Shown here: piece after piece, positions 28,276-38,236 of the stretch
Layout: every line of letters begins with the position of its first letter
Numbering within the stretch: the stretch's first letter is position 1
Source: a virus
IMG/VR virus record: IMGVR_UViG_3300032307_000370
Location: 1 to 64,000 of that record
Length of the DNA stretch: 64,000 nucleotides
Reading direction: 5' to 3' (one strand)
Position numbers and translations under genes: made by a program
Notes under the pieces: generated by a model
Databases searched by the model: none
What the model was told of the DNA's origin: nothing
Seen by the model: only the letters and a program-made list of their open reading frames with translations

Positions 28276-28304
28276 TTGACTTAAAATTATTTTTATATTA
28301 TACT
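28276..28304 (+). promoter_or_regulatory. Sigma70-like promoter TTGACT-N17-TATACT
   Basis: Near-consensus hexamers with 17-nt spacing upstream of the DNA polymerase; identical hexamers upstream of gp32. Confidence 0.7.
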
Positions 28305-28361
28305 TATTAGTATAAGGTGAATGTCGTTATACACGGCAGCCAATGAACCAATATTAATAAT

Positions 28362-31145
28362 ATGATATCACAAGAAGAAATTAAAAGTTTCCTAGAAGGA
28401 AATGACCCTGAAGAGCACATAGTTGCCGTAGAGTTTGATTATGTATCAGACCACATTTTTAAAATCAAAGAAGTACCGGGAAAAGGTAAGGTTGTTCAAC
28501 AAGATTCTCTCATAGCATTCGCTTGGGTTGGTGATCTACGTGGTCTTAACTTTTACGAAGGGTCCAAAGCTTTACAAAAACAAGCAATGGGTAAATACGG
28601 TATTGTTATAGATAAACTCCGAACAGATGGTAATGAACGATTAGAAAATGGTTTAACTTATATGGTTAAATCAATTAAAGGTTATCGGTCATTAACCCAA
28701 TTTTTCCGTGACGGAGGAATTGACCCGTGGGGTGAAAAAGCAAAAGACAAGATATTAATGGTTTCCCCTGTAGAACAATACCTCATCTCAAAAGAGAAAA
28801 GATTGTTTAAAGGATTTGAAGAATACAATGATATTACAAGATTTGTATTTGACCTTGAGACGACCGCGTTAGAACCAAAAGACGGTCGTATCTTCATGAT
28901 CGGGATGAAAACAAATAAAGGATTCCAAAAAGTTATTGAATGTTCAAATGAAGATGAGGAACGAGCAGGTCTTGTTGAATTCTTCAGAACAATTGATGAT
29001 ATTAAACCATCAATTATTGCGGGTTACAATTCAGCAAACTTTGACTGGTTTTGGATTTTTGAAAGATGTAAAGCATTACATTTAGATATCAAAAAGATTG
29101 CGGTATCAATGAACGGTAAGAAAACAATCTCACAAAAAGAATCAATGTTAAAATTAGCAAATGAGGTTGAACGATATAACCAAGTTCAAATGTGGGGTTA
29201 TAATGTAATTGATATCATCCATTCAGTTCGTAGAGCACAAGCAATCAATTCCAATATTAAAGAGGCAGGTTTGAAGTATATTACGAAATATATTGACGCT
29301 GAGGCAAAAGACCGTATCTATATTGATCATACAAGTATTGGTCCAATGTACGCCGAGAAAGAAGAATATTGGTTGAATGTTGAGAATGGTAAATATAAAA
29401 GAGTTGGTATTGATCCAAAGGTGGATGAAATATGTGTGAGACGAGGAGATGTATATCTTAAAACAACGGGGGACGACATAGTTGAGCGTTATCTTGACGA
29501 TGACCTTGAAGAAACGTTAGTTGTGGATGATGAGTTCAACCAAGCAACGTTTCTATTAGCATCATTGGTTCCAACAACATATGAGAGAGCATCCACAATG
29601 GGAACCGCAACACTATGGAAAATGGTAATGTTAGCTTGGTCTTATAAATACGGATTAGCTATTCCTAAGAAAGAAGAGAGAAGAAACTTTGTTGGTGGAT
29701 TATCCCGATTACTTAAAGTAGGTTATTCTAAGGACGTATTAAAACTTGACTACTCGTCACTATACCCATCCATTCAGTTAGTTCACGATGTGTTCCCTGA
29801 GTGTGATATAACGGGAGCGATGAAGGGATTGTTAACCTACTTCCGTAACTCTCGTATTATGTATAAGAATTTGGCTGCGGAATATAAGAATATTGATAAA
29901 AAGAAATCAACATCTTATGACCGTAAACAATTACCAATTAAGATCTTTATTAACGCATTCTTTGGATCATTATCCGCACCACAAGTATTTCCATGGGGAG
30001 ATATTGATATGGGGGAACAAATTACTTGTACGGGTAGACAATACTTAAGACAGATGTTAAACTTCTTCAGTAAGAGAGGATATAGTCCTTTGGTATGTGA
30101 TACCGATGGTATGAACTTCTCATTACCTGAGGGTGGTGTTGATGATAGAGTTTATATCGGTAAAGGTAATAATTGGTTAGTTAAAGAAGGTAAGGAGTAT
30201 CGCGGATATGATGCCGATGTTGCTGAGTTTAATGACATTTTTATGAAAGGTGAAATGGGACTTGATTGTGACGGAACTTGGGATTCATGTATTAACTTGG
30301 CTCGTAAGAACTATGCCACTATGGAACATAATGGTAAGATCAAATTAACAGGTAATAGTATCAAATCTAAAAAGATGCCAAAGTACATTGAGAAGTTCTT
30401 AGATAAAGGAGTAAAACAATTACTTAAAGGTGAGGGTAAAGAATTTATTGAGTGGTATTACGAATACATACAAAAAATATTTGACCAAAGAATCCCATTA
30501 GCTGAAATTGCATCTAAGGCGAAAGTTAAATTAACGATTGAGGATTACATCAAACGTAGTAAACAAACAACCAAAGCTGGTAATCTTAATTCACGAATGG
30601 CACATATGGAACTTCTTATTAGAGATGGAGTTCAAGCAAATCTTGGGGATATGATTCTTTATGTTAATAACGGTACAAAAGCGTCTCATGGTGATGTTCA
30701 AAAAGTGAATGAGAAAATGACAAAGAAAGAAAAAGACGCTTACTTTGAGAAACACGGTAAGATGCCGGTACTTGGTTCACACATTGAATTAAACTGTTAT
30801 CGTATTGACCCTTCAGATTTAGAAAACAATCCTGAAATGTTGGGAGAATATAATATCCAAAGAGCGATTGCAACATTTAATAAACGAGTAGAACCTTTAT
30901 TAATTGTATTTGATGATGAGGTTAGAGATACTTTGTTAATTAAAAATCCTGAAGATAGAAGTTTTTATACAACAGAACAGTGTAGATTAATTAATGGTAA
31001 ACCATTTAGTCCTGAGGATCAGGATGATATTTATGAAAACTTAATTAAAATGGAACAAGGAGAAGTTGAGTTTTGGGAATCCGTTGGAATTGACCCTAAT
31101 TATATGTACGAGTTGGCCGAAGAAGGTTGGGAACAACACGTTTAA
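28362..31145 (+). CDS. gp43: Family B DNA polymerase with 3'-5' exonuclease
   Basis: ExoI FDLETT, ExoII GYNSANFD, ExoIII YLDDD; polymerase DYSSLYPS, KIFINAFFG, CDTDG, RKNY. Confidence 0.95.
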   Translation: MISQEEIKSFLEGNDPEEHIVAVEFDYVSDHIFKIKEVPGKGKVVQQDSLIAFAWVGDLRGLNFYEGSKALQKQAMGKYGIVIDKLRTDGNERLENGLTYMVKSIKGYRSLTQFFRDGGIDPWGEKAKDKILMVSPVEQYLISKEKRLFKGFEEYNDITRFVFDLETTALEPKDGRIFMIGMKTNKGFQKVIECSNEDEERAGLVEFFRTIDDIKPSIIAGYNSANFDWFWIFERCKALHLDIKKIAVSMNGKKTISQKESMLKLANEVERYNQVQMWGYNVIDIIHSVRRAQAINSNIKEAGLKYITKYIDAEAKDRIYIDHTSIGPMYAEKEEYWLNVENGKYKRVGIDPKVDEICVRRGDVYLKTTGDDIVERYLDDDLEETLVVDDEFNQATFLLASLVPTTYERASTMGTATLWKMVMLAWSYKYGLAIPKKEERRNFVGGLSRLLKVGYSKDVLKLDYSSLYPSIQLVHDVFPECDITGAMKGLLTYFRNSRIMYKNLAAEYKNIDKKKSTSYDRKQLPIKIFINAFFGSLSAPQVFPWGDIDMGEQITCTGRQYLRQMLNFFSKRGYSPLVCDTDGMNFSLPEGGVDDRVYIGKGNNWLVKEGKEYRGYDADVAEFNDIFMKGEMGLDCDGTWDSCINLARKNYATMEHNGKIKLTGNSIKSKKMPKYIEKFLDKGVKQLLKGEGKEFIEWYYEYIQKIFDQRIPLAEIASKAKVKLTIEDYIKRSKQTTKAGNLNSRMAHMELLIRDGVQANLGDMILYVNNGTKASHGDVQKVNEKMTKKEKDAYFEKHGKMPVLGSHIELNCYRIDPSDLENNPEMLGEYNIQRAIATFNKRVEPLLIVFDDEVRDTLLIKNPEDRSFYTTEQCRLINGKPFSPEDQDDIYENLIKMEQGEVEFWESVGIDPNYMYELAEEGWEQHV

Positions 31146-31163
31146 TTTCCTAAATGATGAGGT

Positions 31164-31511
31164 TTAAGACATCTTCAACCCGTCTGAAGATAGTATATAC
31201 CAGTTTCCTTCAACAAACTGAAACTGTACACAAGCCCCCCAATCTAATTGGAGTTCGTCCCATTCCTCATCAATTTTTCCAATGTCAGGTAATACCCTAA
31301 CATTTGTTAATACTTTTACTATTATTTTTTGATTTTTTGTGGAATCTAAAGTTATAACTGTTTCATCCACATCTTTAGCGATAATTAATTTTTCGCCATT
31401 AGAATTGTAATTAGGTACAGATACGATCATATAATCAACCGGTAAAGTTGGTTGTGATTGTACTGTCTTAGTTATAACTTTTCTTTGTGGTATTTTAATA
31501 ATTTCCGGCAT
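31164..31511 (-). CDS. Hypothetical protein (115 aa)
   Basis: Starts 2 nt after the neck gene stop, same strand. Confidence 0.55.
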   Translation of the reverse strand: MPEIIKIPQRKVITKTVQSQPTLPVDYMIVSVPNYNSNGEKLIIAKDVDETVITLDSTKNQKIIVKVLTNVRVLPDIGKIDEEWDELQLDWGACVQFQFVEGNWYILSSDGLKMS

Positions 31512-31512
31512 A

Positions 31513-32637
31513 TTAGATTACATATATTTGTCTTGGCATTGCTCTAAACTTAAGAGATTTATTTAAGTTTTCAGCAATTAACGCTTCTCGTTCCATTACT
31601 TTCTCAGGTTTTAATCTTGTCAATCTACCTTCAGGTCCGATAAGTTCATCTATAAGTTTTGTTTTTTCATCTTTCGCTTCAGTAGCTAATGATGTGTAAT
31701 CCATAGTTAATTCAGAATCAGGGGTTTTGATGTTACCACTAAACTTACCTCTAACTCTTGCTAACGTTTCTTTACAATAAGCGGTAAACCATCTACGAAC
31801 CCAAACTTGTGCCGGATTATTTAGATCTGACCAAGACATTTGTTGGAATGGTACATCCGATGGCATTTGAATTATATCAGGGTTATTTTTTAAACAATCG
31901 TCCTTATCTTCTTCACAAGCATCATAATACCAATACCATACTCTACCTTTATTTAATGAACCATTACCAAAATCAAATTTTCCACCAGGAACATTCATTA
32001 AGTGAATGGCCTTTTTACCATCAGGTAATGCGGTAATTCTATATGTTAAATCACCTTGTATAATTCTTCTTTGGATATTAATTTCTTGCATTCTTAACAA
32101 CATATCAAATGCTGGCATCATAAAGTAACTACCTGCCAAGTTTCCCATTTGGGCAAACCCCGCAGGTCCTGCTAAACCACCACCAGCAATACCACCAAAA
32201 GTCCACGGATCAATTAATGTATTGTTTAACTCTGCCGGTGAAAACCATAATAATTCATTTATTTCTCTACACGCAGGGATTTCATAAATTTGTTGGTTCT
32301 CAACTAATTGTATATAATCTTTTTTCAGAACATAATCACCACCGGCTTGTAACCCAACAATCTTGGAATAAGCGTAAGTGTATCTTGTTTCGTAATCCAA
32401 ACTTTTCGTGATGAATGCTTTTGCAACTGATTGAGTTTCTATATTCAAACCCCAAAGATTAGACCACTGAGATTCAATCAACCAATCTTGTATGTATTGT
32501 GAGTAATCATCAATAGAGAATTCCAATAGAGTATCCATTTGTTCATCCTCTAATTCAACACTACGAAGTGGTGCACCTAATAGGTGACGAATTCTCGTGT
32601 ATAATTTACTTCTTTCTGGTTCTGAAATTATTGACAT
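31513..32637 (-). CDS. gp13: Neck/head-completion protein (T4 gp13-like)
   Basis: RIRHLLGAPLRSVELEDEQM N-terminus; WVRRWFTAYCKETLARVRGKFSG..G..L C-terminus. Confidence 0.75.
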   Translation of the reverse strand: MSIISEPERSKLYTRIRHLLGAPLRSVELEDEQMDTLLEFSIDDYSQYIQDWLIESQWSNLWGLNIETQSVAKAFITKSLDYETRYTYAYSKIVGLQAGGDYVLKKDYIQLVENQQIYEIPACREINELLWFSPAELNNTLIDPWTFGGIAGGGLAGPAGFAQMGNLAGSYFMMPAFDMLLRMQEINIQRRIIQGDLTYRITALPDGKKAIHLMNVPGGKFDFGNGSLNKGRVWYWYYDACEEDKDDCLKNNPDIIQMPSDVPFQQMSWSDLNNPAQVWVRRWFTAYCKETLARVRGKFSGNIKTPDSELTMDYTSLATEAKDEKTKLIDELIGPEGRLTRLKPEKVMEREALIAENLNKSLKFRAMPRQIYVI

Positions 32638-32658
32638 AGTTTTTATTTTATAAATATC

Positions 32659-33753
32659 TTACTTTTTAGTTCTCAACAGATACAACTCATTAACAAACTC
32701 CCAATTTACGTGATCCCAAAACTTTTTAATATACTCGTCTCGTTTATTTCTATAACGTAAATAATATGCGTGTTCCCAAACATCAAGACCTAATAAAGGG
32801 TAACCCCCATCTTTAACAACACTCATCATAGGGTTATCTTGGTTTGGTGTTGATACGACTTTTAATCTTCCTGTCTTAGTAAGAACCAACCATACCCATC
32901 CTGAACCAAATCTATCCATGGCAGATTGATTAAATTCATCCTTCATTTTTTTTATGTTACCATATTGTTTGGTAATTTTTTCGTATACCTCACCACTTGG
33001 TTTTTGTCTTTTAGGTGATAACATTTTCCAAAACAATGCGTGATTAAAAGCACCACCAGCATTATTTCTAATTGTTGTATTGTATTTACCGATTGTTTTT
33101 ACAATATCTTCTAACTCAACATCACCATAATCTTTTTTGGATAACGCATCGTTTAATTTTTTAACATAACCTTTATAATGTTTGTTATAATGAACATCCA
33201 TAGTTTCAGGATCAACAAACTTATTTAATGCCGAATATGAATATGGTAATTTCTCAATACCAATTTTTTTCATTTCCATTATAAAGTTTTCACGGATATT
33301 TTGTTTTTCAACTAATATAAGTTGTTCATTGATTAAATTGATTTTTTTACCAATACCAACTAACCCTTCATACATTAACTTTTCATATTGGGGGAAATCA
33401 CGTTCAAATTTTTTAATAACTGAACCAGCTTCTGAGTTTGCTTCATCTTCATTTGGACCTCCAATATCAGGACCCCTCTCAACACCTTTAGTTGATCGTT
33501 GCCATTCGTGTACCCATTCGTGAGCCAATGTTCTACAAACATCACGATTTATTCGTCCTCTAGTTAACACTTTAAGTTCAGAATTATCGTTTCTACTTCC
33601 AGTTGACATACCTTCAGTTTTTTCACCCAAAAATAAAACAGTAACATCATTATTAACAGGATATTTTTTTTGTAAGTATTTTAGGAAATCTCCGACTAAT
33701 TCTTTGTCCTCTTTGGACATATCGCATTTTATATGTTTAATAGTTACTTTCAT
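32659..33753 (-). CDS. sod: HExxH metallopeptidase-like domain fused to Fe/Mn superoxide dismutase
   Basis: LPYSYSAL..MDVHYNKHYKGY..NNAGGAFNHALFW..FGSGWVWL..NQDNP..DVWEHAYY; N-term RTLAHEWVHEWQ..EDEANSEAG. Confidence 0.9.
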   Translation of the reverse strand: MKVTIKHIKCDMSKEDKELVGDFLKYLQKKYPVNNDVTVLFLGEKTEGMSTGSRNDNSELKVLTRGRINRDVCRTLAHEWVHEWQRSTKGVERGPDIGGPNEDEANSEAGSVIKKFERDFPQYEKLMYEGLVGIGKKINLINEQLILVEKQNIRENFIMEMKKIGIEKLPYSYSALNKFVDPETMDVHYNKHYKGYVKKLNDALSKKDYGDVELEDIVKTIGKYNTTIRNNAGGAFNHALFWKMLSPKRQKPSGEVYEKITKQYGNIKKMKDEFNQSAMDRFGSGWVWLVLTKTGRLKVVSTPNQDNPMMSVVKDGGYPLLGLDVWEHAYYLRYRNKRDEYIKKFWDHVNWEFVNELYLLRTKK

Positions 33754-33771
33754 TAATCATAAATATCATAT

Positions 33772-33801
33772 AAAACAAAAAACCCACCGAGTGGTGGGTT
33801 T
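33772..33801 (-). terminator. Intrinsic terminator
   Basis: Minus strand reads AAACCCACC-ACTC-GGTGGGTTT then TTTGTTTT, just after the 33808 stop. Confidence 0.75.
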
Positions 33802-33807
33802 ATAATA

Positions 33808-34194
33808 TTATTTTTCTCCTTCAGGATTTTCAACTTCTTCTTCAGATGGTGGTTCCTCTTCAGGTGTTACCGGTTCAACAAGTAAACCTAAATTCATTGC
33901 TTTAGTTTCTAAACACGTAAATAACGATTCAAAACTTTGACCTGATGGTCTTCCCATGCTAACCATAGCAGTATTGATATCATTTTTACATTTTACAAAT
34001 TCTTCTTTATTGTTAATTGATCTACAACTTTGGGGTATTTGATCCATTGTTAATCCGTTAGCATCAAAACACTCCATAAAATCTTCTATTGTAGATTCAA
34101 ATAATAAACCTTTTTGTTTCAAATATCTTTCTTCGGCAAGTAAATTAACTTGTTGTGTTTTTCTAATTTTAGTTTGACTTCTACTGTTACTCAT
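33808..34194 (-). CDS. Hypothetical protein with acidic C-terminus
   Basis: 128 aa ORF with TATTTATT 16 nt upstream on the minus strand. Confidence 0.6.
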   Translation of the reverse strand: MSNSRSQTKIRKTQQVNLLAEERYLKQKGLLFESTIEDFMECFDANGLTMDQIPQSCRSINNKEEFVKCKNDINTAMVSMGRPSGQSFESLFTCLETKAMNLGLLVEPVTPEEEPPSEEEVENPEGEK

Positions 34195-34235
34195 AATTTA
34201 TATGTTTCCAAATAAATATCATAAAAAAACAAATA

Positions 34236-35999
34236 TTATCGTCTCTTATTTATTAAACTTAATATTTCTTCAACAACATCTCCACTATTCTCAGGTTGTT
34301 CATCCCCCATTACGGTTCGGATGATTTCTTTCTTACGATTTAAGATGTCATAAATAGCACCTTCAATAGTGTTTTCGTACAATGGATAGTAAACAAGTAC
34401 GTTTGATTTTTGACCATAACGATACGCTCTATCTTCAGCTTGAGCGTGTTCGGCGGGAACAAATGATAAGTCATTCATAATAACAACCTCAGCGGCGGTT
34501 AAAGTTAAACCAACACCAGCAGCCTTTAAGTTCCCAACAAATACCTTAATCTTTTCATTATCCTGAAACTCATCAACTGCGTGTTGACGATGAGGTTTAG
34601 AACAACTACCATCCAAATAAACCGCTTGTTTTCCAAAGTGATTATAGATAGTTTGTAATGTGTTGGTAAAGTTTGTGAAGATAATAACTTTTTTACCTTG
34701 TTCTATAATGTTCTCAGCAAACTCAATAGTTTGTTTTGTTTTCTCGTTAGCAATAACCTTCCTAACTTTCATTAGTTTTGAGAATTGAACCGTAAGAGAA
34801 GATGACTCATCTTTCTTATTGTCAAACCAATCATAATATTCCCCCATTAATTCCTCATACTCTTTTGATTTCAAACGAAGATATACAGGTGAAATAATTT
34901 TATCAGGGAGATCTAATACATCCTCTTTTAATCTACGAAGAATTTGTTTTGAAGTTCTATCCCTTAATTCTTCCAAATTAGAAGCCCCCGTAACATTCCA
35001 CACTTTTCTATTTCCCGCAGTAAATTGATATCCCTGACAATAACGAATAGCATAAGCCATCCAATTTTGAGCAACGGGGGACTCAATAATGTTTAATAGG
35101 TTATAATAGTTCATTGGACGAGATGTCATTGGTGTTCCCGTCAACAACCAAACCCTTTTTATGTTTTTAACAAAATGGTTAATAATTTTTGTTCTTTGTG
35201 CTTGGGGGTTAGATATCATATGGGCTTCATCCAAGATAACCAACTCAAAATCAGATTGATTTAGTAAGGACTTACTTTTGTCCTTCATATCGTGAAAGTT
35301 TTTTAGAATATCATAATTAACGATAACAAAATCAGATTCAGTTGAAAATTTCTTACCTTCTGCAATATATACGGTTCTATCTGAATAATTTTCAATCTCA
35401 CGTTGCCAGTTAATCTTTAAAGATGCGGGACAAATAATTAATATTTTCTTCGCCCCCGTCTCCAAAGCGGCAATAATCGTAGCCGTTGTTTTACCAAGAC
35501 CCATATCATCGGCAAGAATAAATCTTCTTGATCCTGCCAATTTTTCTATTGCTTCTTTTTGGTGTTGTAGTGGTGGTCTATGATCGTATTTAGAATAATC
35601 AACTTCAATCTTCTCAACATTATGTGATTTAATAAGAGCCGACTTAGGTACCCAAAACTCACTTAACCTATCTTTCTCAAAGAATTTGGCCCAAACGTGG
35701 TAAGATTTTTCTTTCTCAACTAATAACTTCTCAATATATATGTTTTCAGGTGTTTCTAAAAGATATTTTTCTTCAGCAAACTTTTTAGCGAAGTAAGTAT
35801 CCAATTCCACCCACTTACGAGCAATCTTTGGTGTGGTGTTAAAATAATTTATAATGTAATCCGCTTGAGTTCTTGTCGGATAAAATCTTTTGTTGGTTTC
35901 TTTTTTGGTTTTAAGATATATTATATAGTTATTGGCACCCGAATAGGTGTCTAACAATTCCAACGCTTTGTGTTCTATTAATGATTGATTAATATCCAA
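34236..35999 (-). CDS. SNF2/SWI2-family (HARP/SMARCAL1-like) helicase
   Basis: LADDMGLGKT, DEAH, TGTP, GVGLTL, QAEDRAYRYGQ. Likely TTG start at 35999; the track start 36065 overlaps the divergent gene. Confidence 0.85.
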   Translation of the reverse strand: MDINQSLIEHKALELLDTYSGANNYIIYLKTKKETNKRFYPTRTQADYIINYFNTTPKIARKWVELDTYFAKKFAEEKYLLETPENIYIEKLLVEKEKSYHVWAKFFEKDRLSEFWVPKSALIKSHNVEKIEVDYSKYDHRPPLQHQKEAIEKLAGSRRFILADDMGLGKTTATIIAALETGAKKILIICPASLKINWQREIENYSDRTVYIAEGKKFSTESDFVIVNYDILKNFHDMKDKSKSLLNQSDFELVILDEAHMISNPQAQRTKIINHFVKNIKRVWLLTGTPMTSRPMNYYNLLNIIESPVAQNWMAYAIRYCQGYQFTAGNRKVWNVTGASNLEELRDRTSKQILRRLKEDVLDLPDKIISPVYLRLKSKEYEELMGEYYDWFDNKKDESSSLTVQFSKLMKVRKVIANEKTKQTIEFAENIIEQGKKVIIFTNFTNTLQTIYNHFGKQAVYLDGSCSKPHRQHAVDEFQDNEKIKVFVGNLKAAGVGLTLTAAEVVIMNDLSFVPAEHAQAEDRAYRYGQKSNVLVYYPLYENTIEGAIYDILNRKKEIIRTVMGDEQPENSGDVVEEILSLINKRR

Positions 36000-36058
36000 A
36001 TTTTCCTTTTTAATAAAAATAACAATAAAAAAGATATTTATCAATAAATACCGAAAAT

Positions 36059-36571
36059 ATGGCAAATAAAGTTCCTATTACAAGGATAGGTAAATTTTTT
36101 GGATCAAACGATTTTGACCTTGATATCTCAATGGGTGAAGAATGGTTAGTGGGAGATATGAACTTCACTTGCGTTTTATATCGCATTGATAGATACAAAA
36201 CAAAAACCGATGATGTATATGGTGAAACCGTATCAGACGGTATTAAATTTTTACCTCCAATTGAATTCAATGGTTTCGTTCAAGTAATGGCACCTGAAAA
36301 TAAAATGTTAGGATCAACAAGAGTTGATCAAATGGAACCTGGTAATATTAAAATTTCAGTTTATCAAAAAACTTTAGATGATTTAGGAATTGATATTAAT
36401 TTTGGTGATTATATTGGGTATTATGAAACGGAAACATTAGTTAGATATTACACCGTCAATAATGATGGTCGTGTGGTGTCGGATAATAAACATACTTATG
36501 CAGGGTATAAACCTTTCTATCGTACGATAATGGCTTCACCTGTAGGACCAAATGAATTTAGAGGATTATGA
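36059..36571 (+). CDS. Neck/head-closure protein (T4 gp14-like)
   Basis: VLYRID..KT..DDVYGE..IKFLPPIEF..; position near gp13- and gp15-like genes. Confidence 0.55.
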   Translation: MANKVPITRIGKFFGSNDFDLDISMGEEWLVGDMNFTCVLYRIDRYKTKTDDVYGETVSDGIKFLPPIEFNGFVQVMAPENKMLGSTRVDQMEPGNIKISVYQKTLDDLGIDINFGDYIGYYETETLVRYYTVNNDGRVVSDNKHTYAGYKPFYRTIMASPVGPNEFRGL

Positions 36572-37008
36572 AACTATTATTAAACGAATCTCAGAGTAAA
36601 GATTTAATTTATTCAATTAAGGGAGACCCGGATTTATTGATTAATAAACAAGTTAAAGTTTATTATGATATTACGAGACATATGTTCTCAGTTACATTTG
36701 GTGGTATTGTCGTATTAAAAGCGGATTACGTTAGATTGGAAAATGTAAGATTTTTAGTGGGGGAAAAAGGTAAAGAAAAAGTTAGATCAGTTAAACAAAA
36801 AAATGTTCATGCTTATGTAACAGGAACATTGGTTGATTACTGTGAGTTTCCTTGTGATAATATTCCATCACCCGATTCAAATGTTGTTATTAAATATAAT
36901 CCTTATTTTGATGATACTTTTGTAATTAAGAAAACAAGAGAACCAATCTTTGGTGCAAATGAAGTTGAAATGATAAATTTAGAAGATAAAATATTTTTAG
37001 TGAATTAA
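36568..37008 (+). CDS. Conserved phage hypothetical protein
   Basis: VKVYY....HMFSV..V.L.NV.F.V...G.EKVR..KQKNVHAYV.G motif; ATGA overlap with the upstream gene. Confidence 0.65.
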   Translation: MKLLLNESQSKDLIYSIKGDPDLLINKQVKVYYDITRHMFSVTFGGIVVLKADYVRLENVRFLVGEKGKEKVRSVKQKNVHAYVTGTLVDYCEFPCDNIPSPDSNVVIKYNPYFDDTFVIKKTREPIFGANEVEMINLEDKIFLVN

Positions 37009-37009
37009 T

Positions 37010-38071
37010 ATGGGGTTCCCAAAACAAATAAAAAAAAGTATTCCTCTGATTGAGAAAAAAATCTTAACTCCGAGAAGACATGAGATTGCGGACATGATTT
37101 CAGAAGATGGAACTTATCTTCCGAAATCTTTATTACACGCCGATTTAGATCGTGGATTTTTAGATTTTGTTAAAGATGAATTAAGATGTGTTGTTGAAGG
37201 ATCATTAATTCCAACTGTTGACATTATGATCACAACACAGAACTGGTCTCAGTTTGTGGAAACATGGGATTTCCAAAATATTGACAAAAATGCTGAACCC
37301 CCATTTATCACAACGATCAGAACCCCCGAAGTTAAATATGGATCAAATCCCGCATTAAGATGGAATATACCAAATAGAAGACAATACTATTACGCGAAAG
37401 TACCAACATGGGACGGACAAAGACATGGTATGGATATATACAAAATACCCCAACCAGTACCTGTTGATATAACATATACTGTGGCAATCTTATGTAATAG
37501 AATGAGAGAACTAAATAAGTTCAATCAAATTGTTCTTGAAAAGTTCGCATCAAGACAAGCATACCAAGTCATAAAAGGACATTATATTCCTATTGTAATG
37601 AATGACATTACAGATGAATCAGTATTAGACCTTGAGAAAAGAAAATTTTATATTCAAAAATATACCTTTACATTATTAGGTTTCCTTATTGATGAGGACG
37701 AGTTTGAGATTACTCCAGCAATCACACGAGTTTTTCAAATTTTTGAAACAGAAACAAAAACAAGAAAGAAAAGACAAAGAAAAGAAGAACCAAACCCACC
37801 TTCAGTAAAAAGATATGATTTTGCAACGGGTGTCACTGCCAATGAAGTTATAGAGGTTTTTGATTATAATGTTAATTTAAGATTTGTTGATAGTGATAAT
37901 GTATCAAGTGGGACCCCCCCATCAGGATATGAGGTTTATATTAATGGTCTTTACTATGGGAACGATGTTAGGGAAATACAAATTAATAGTGGGGATGAAT
38001 TAAAAATTATCATCTACAAACAATTTCCAAACGACACATCATTCTTAATATTTAATCAGGAGTTACTTTAA
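37010..38071 (+). CDS. gp15: Tail terminator/completion protein (T4 gp15-like)
   Basis: PQPVPVDITYTVAILC..ELNKFNQIV..F..YTFTLLGFL; directly upstream of the sheath gene. Confidence 0.65.
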   Translation: MGFPKQIKKSIPLIEKKILTPRRHEIADMISEDGTYLPKSLLHADLDRGFLDFVKDELRCVVEGSLIPTVDIMITTQNWSQFVETWDFQNIDKNAEPPFITTIRTPEVKYGSNPALRWNIPNRRQYYYAKVPTWDGQRHGMDIYKIPQPVPVDITYTVAILCNRMRELNKFNQIVLEKFASRQAYQVIKGHYIPIVMNDITDESVLDLEKRKFYIQKYTFTLLGFLIDEDEFEITPAITRVFQIFETETKTRKKRQRKEEPNPPSVKRYDFATGVTANEVIEVFDYNVNLRFVDSDNVSSGTPPSGYEVYINGLYYGNDVREIQINSGDELKIIIYKQFPNDTSFLIFNQELL

Positions 38072-38236
38072 TTAATCCTCTCCGTAAATATCTTTTTTTT
38101 CCTTACATTTTTCCATTATCAGGTTTTCCAAAAACCGATACATTTTAATCCCACGCTTATCACAATACTTTTTTAGGGTTTCGTGAACCTCAACTGAAAT
38201 CTTCAAATTTTTTATCTTCTTAGTATCTTTATCCAT
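38072..38236 (-). CDS. Small ribbon-helix-helix-like DNA-binding protein (54 aa, absent from ORF track)
   Basis: Manual translation: MDKDTKKIKNLKISVEVHETLKKYCDKRGIKMYRFLENLIMEKCKEKKDIYGED*. Alternating beta-ribbon (KNLKIS), helix, G turn, helix. Confidence 0.7.
   Translation of the reverse strand: MDKDTKKIKNLKISVEVHETLKKYCDKRGIKMYRFLENLIMEKCKEKKDIYGED

Noticed and set aside
28362-31145. Intein or intron in the DNA polymerase
   Set aside because: Length is ordinary for PolB; no splice-junction or homing-endonuclease motifs seen.
36000-36065. ORF-track starts at 36065, 41683, 58080, 59953 and 7534
   Set aside because: These extensions overlap promoters, terminators or neighbouring genes; downstream starts (35999, 41758, 58107, 59989, 7549) fit better.
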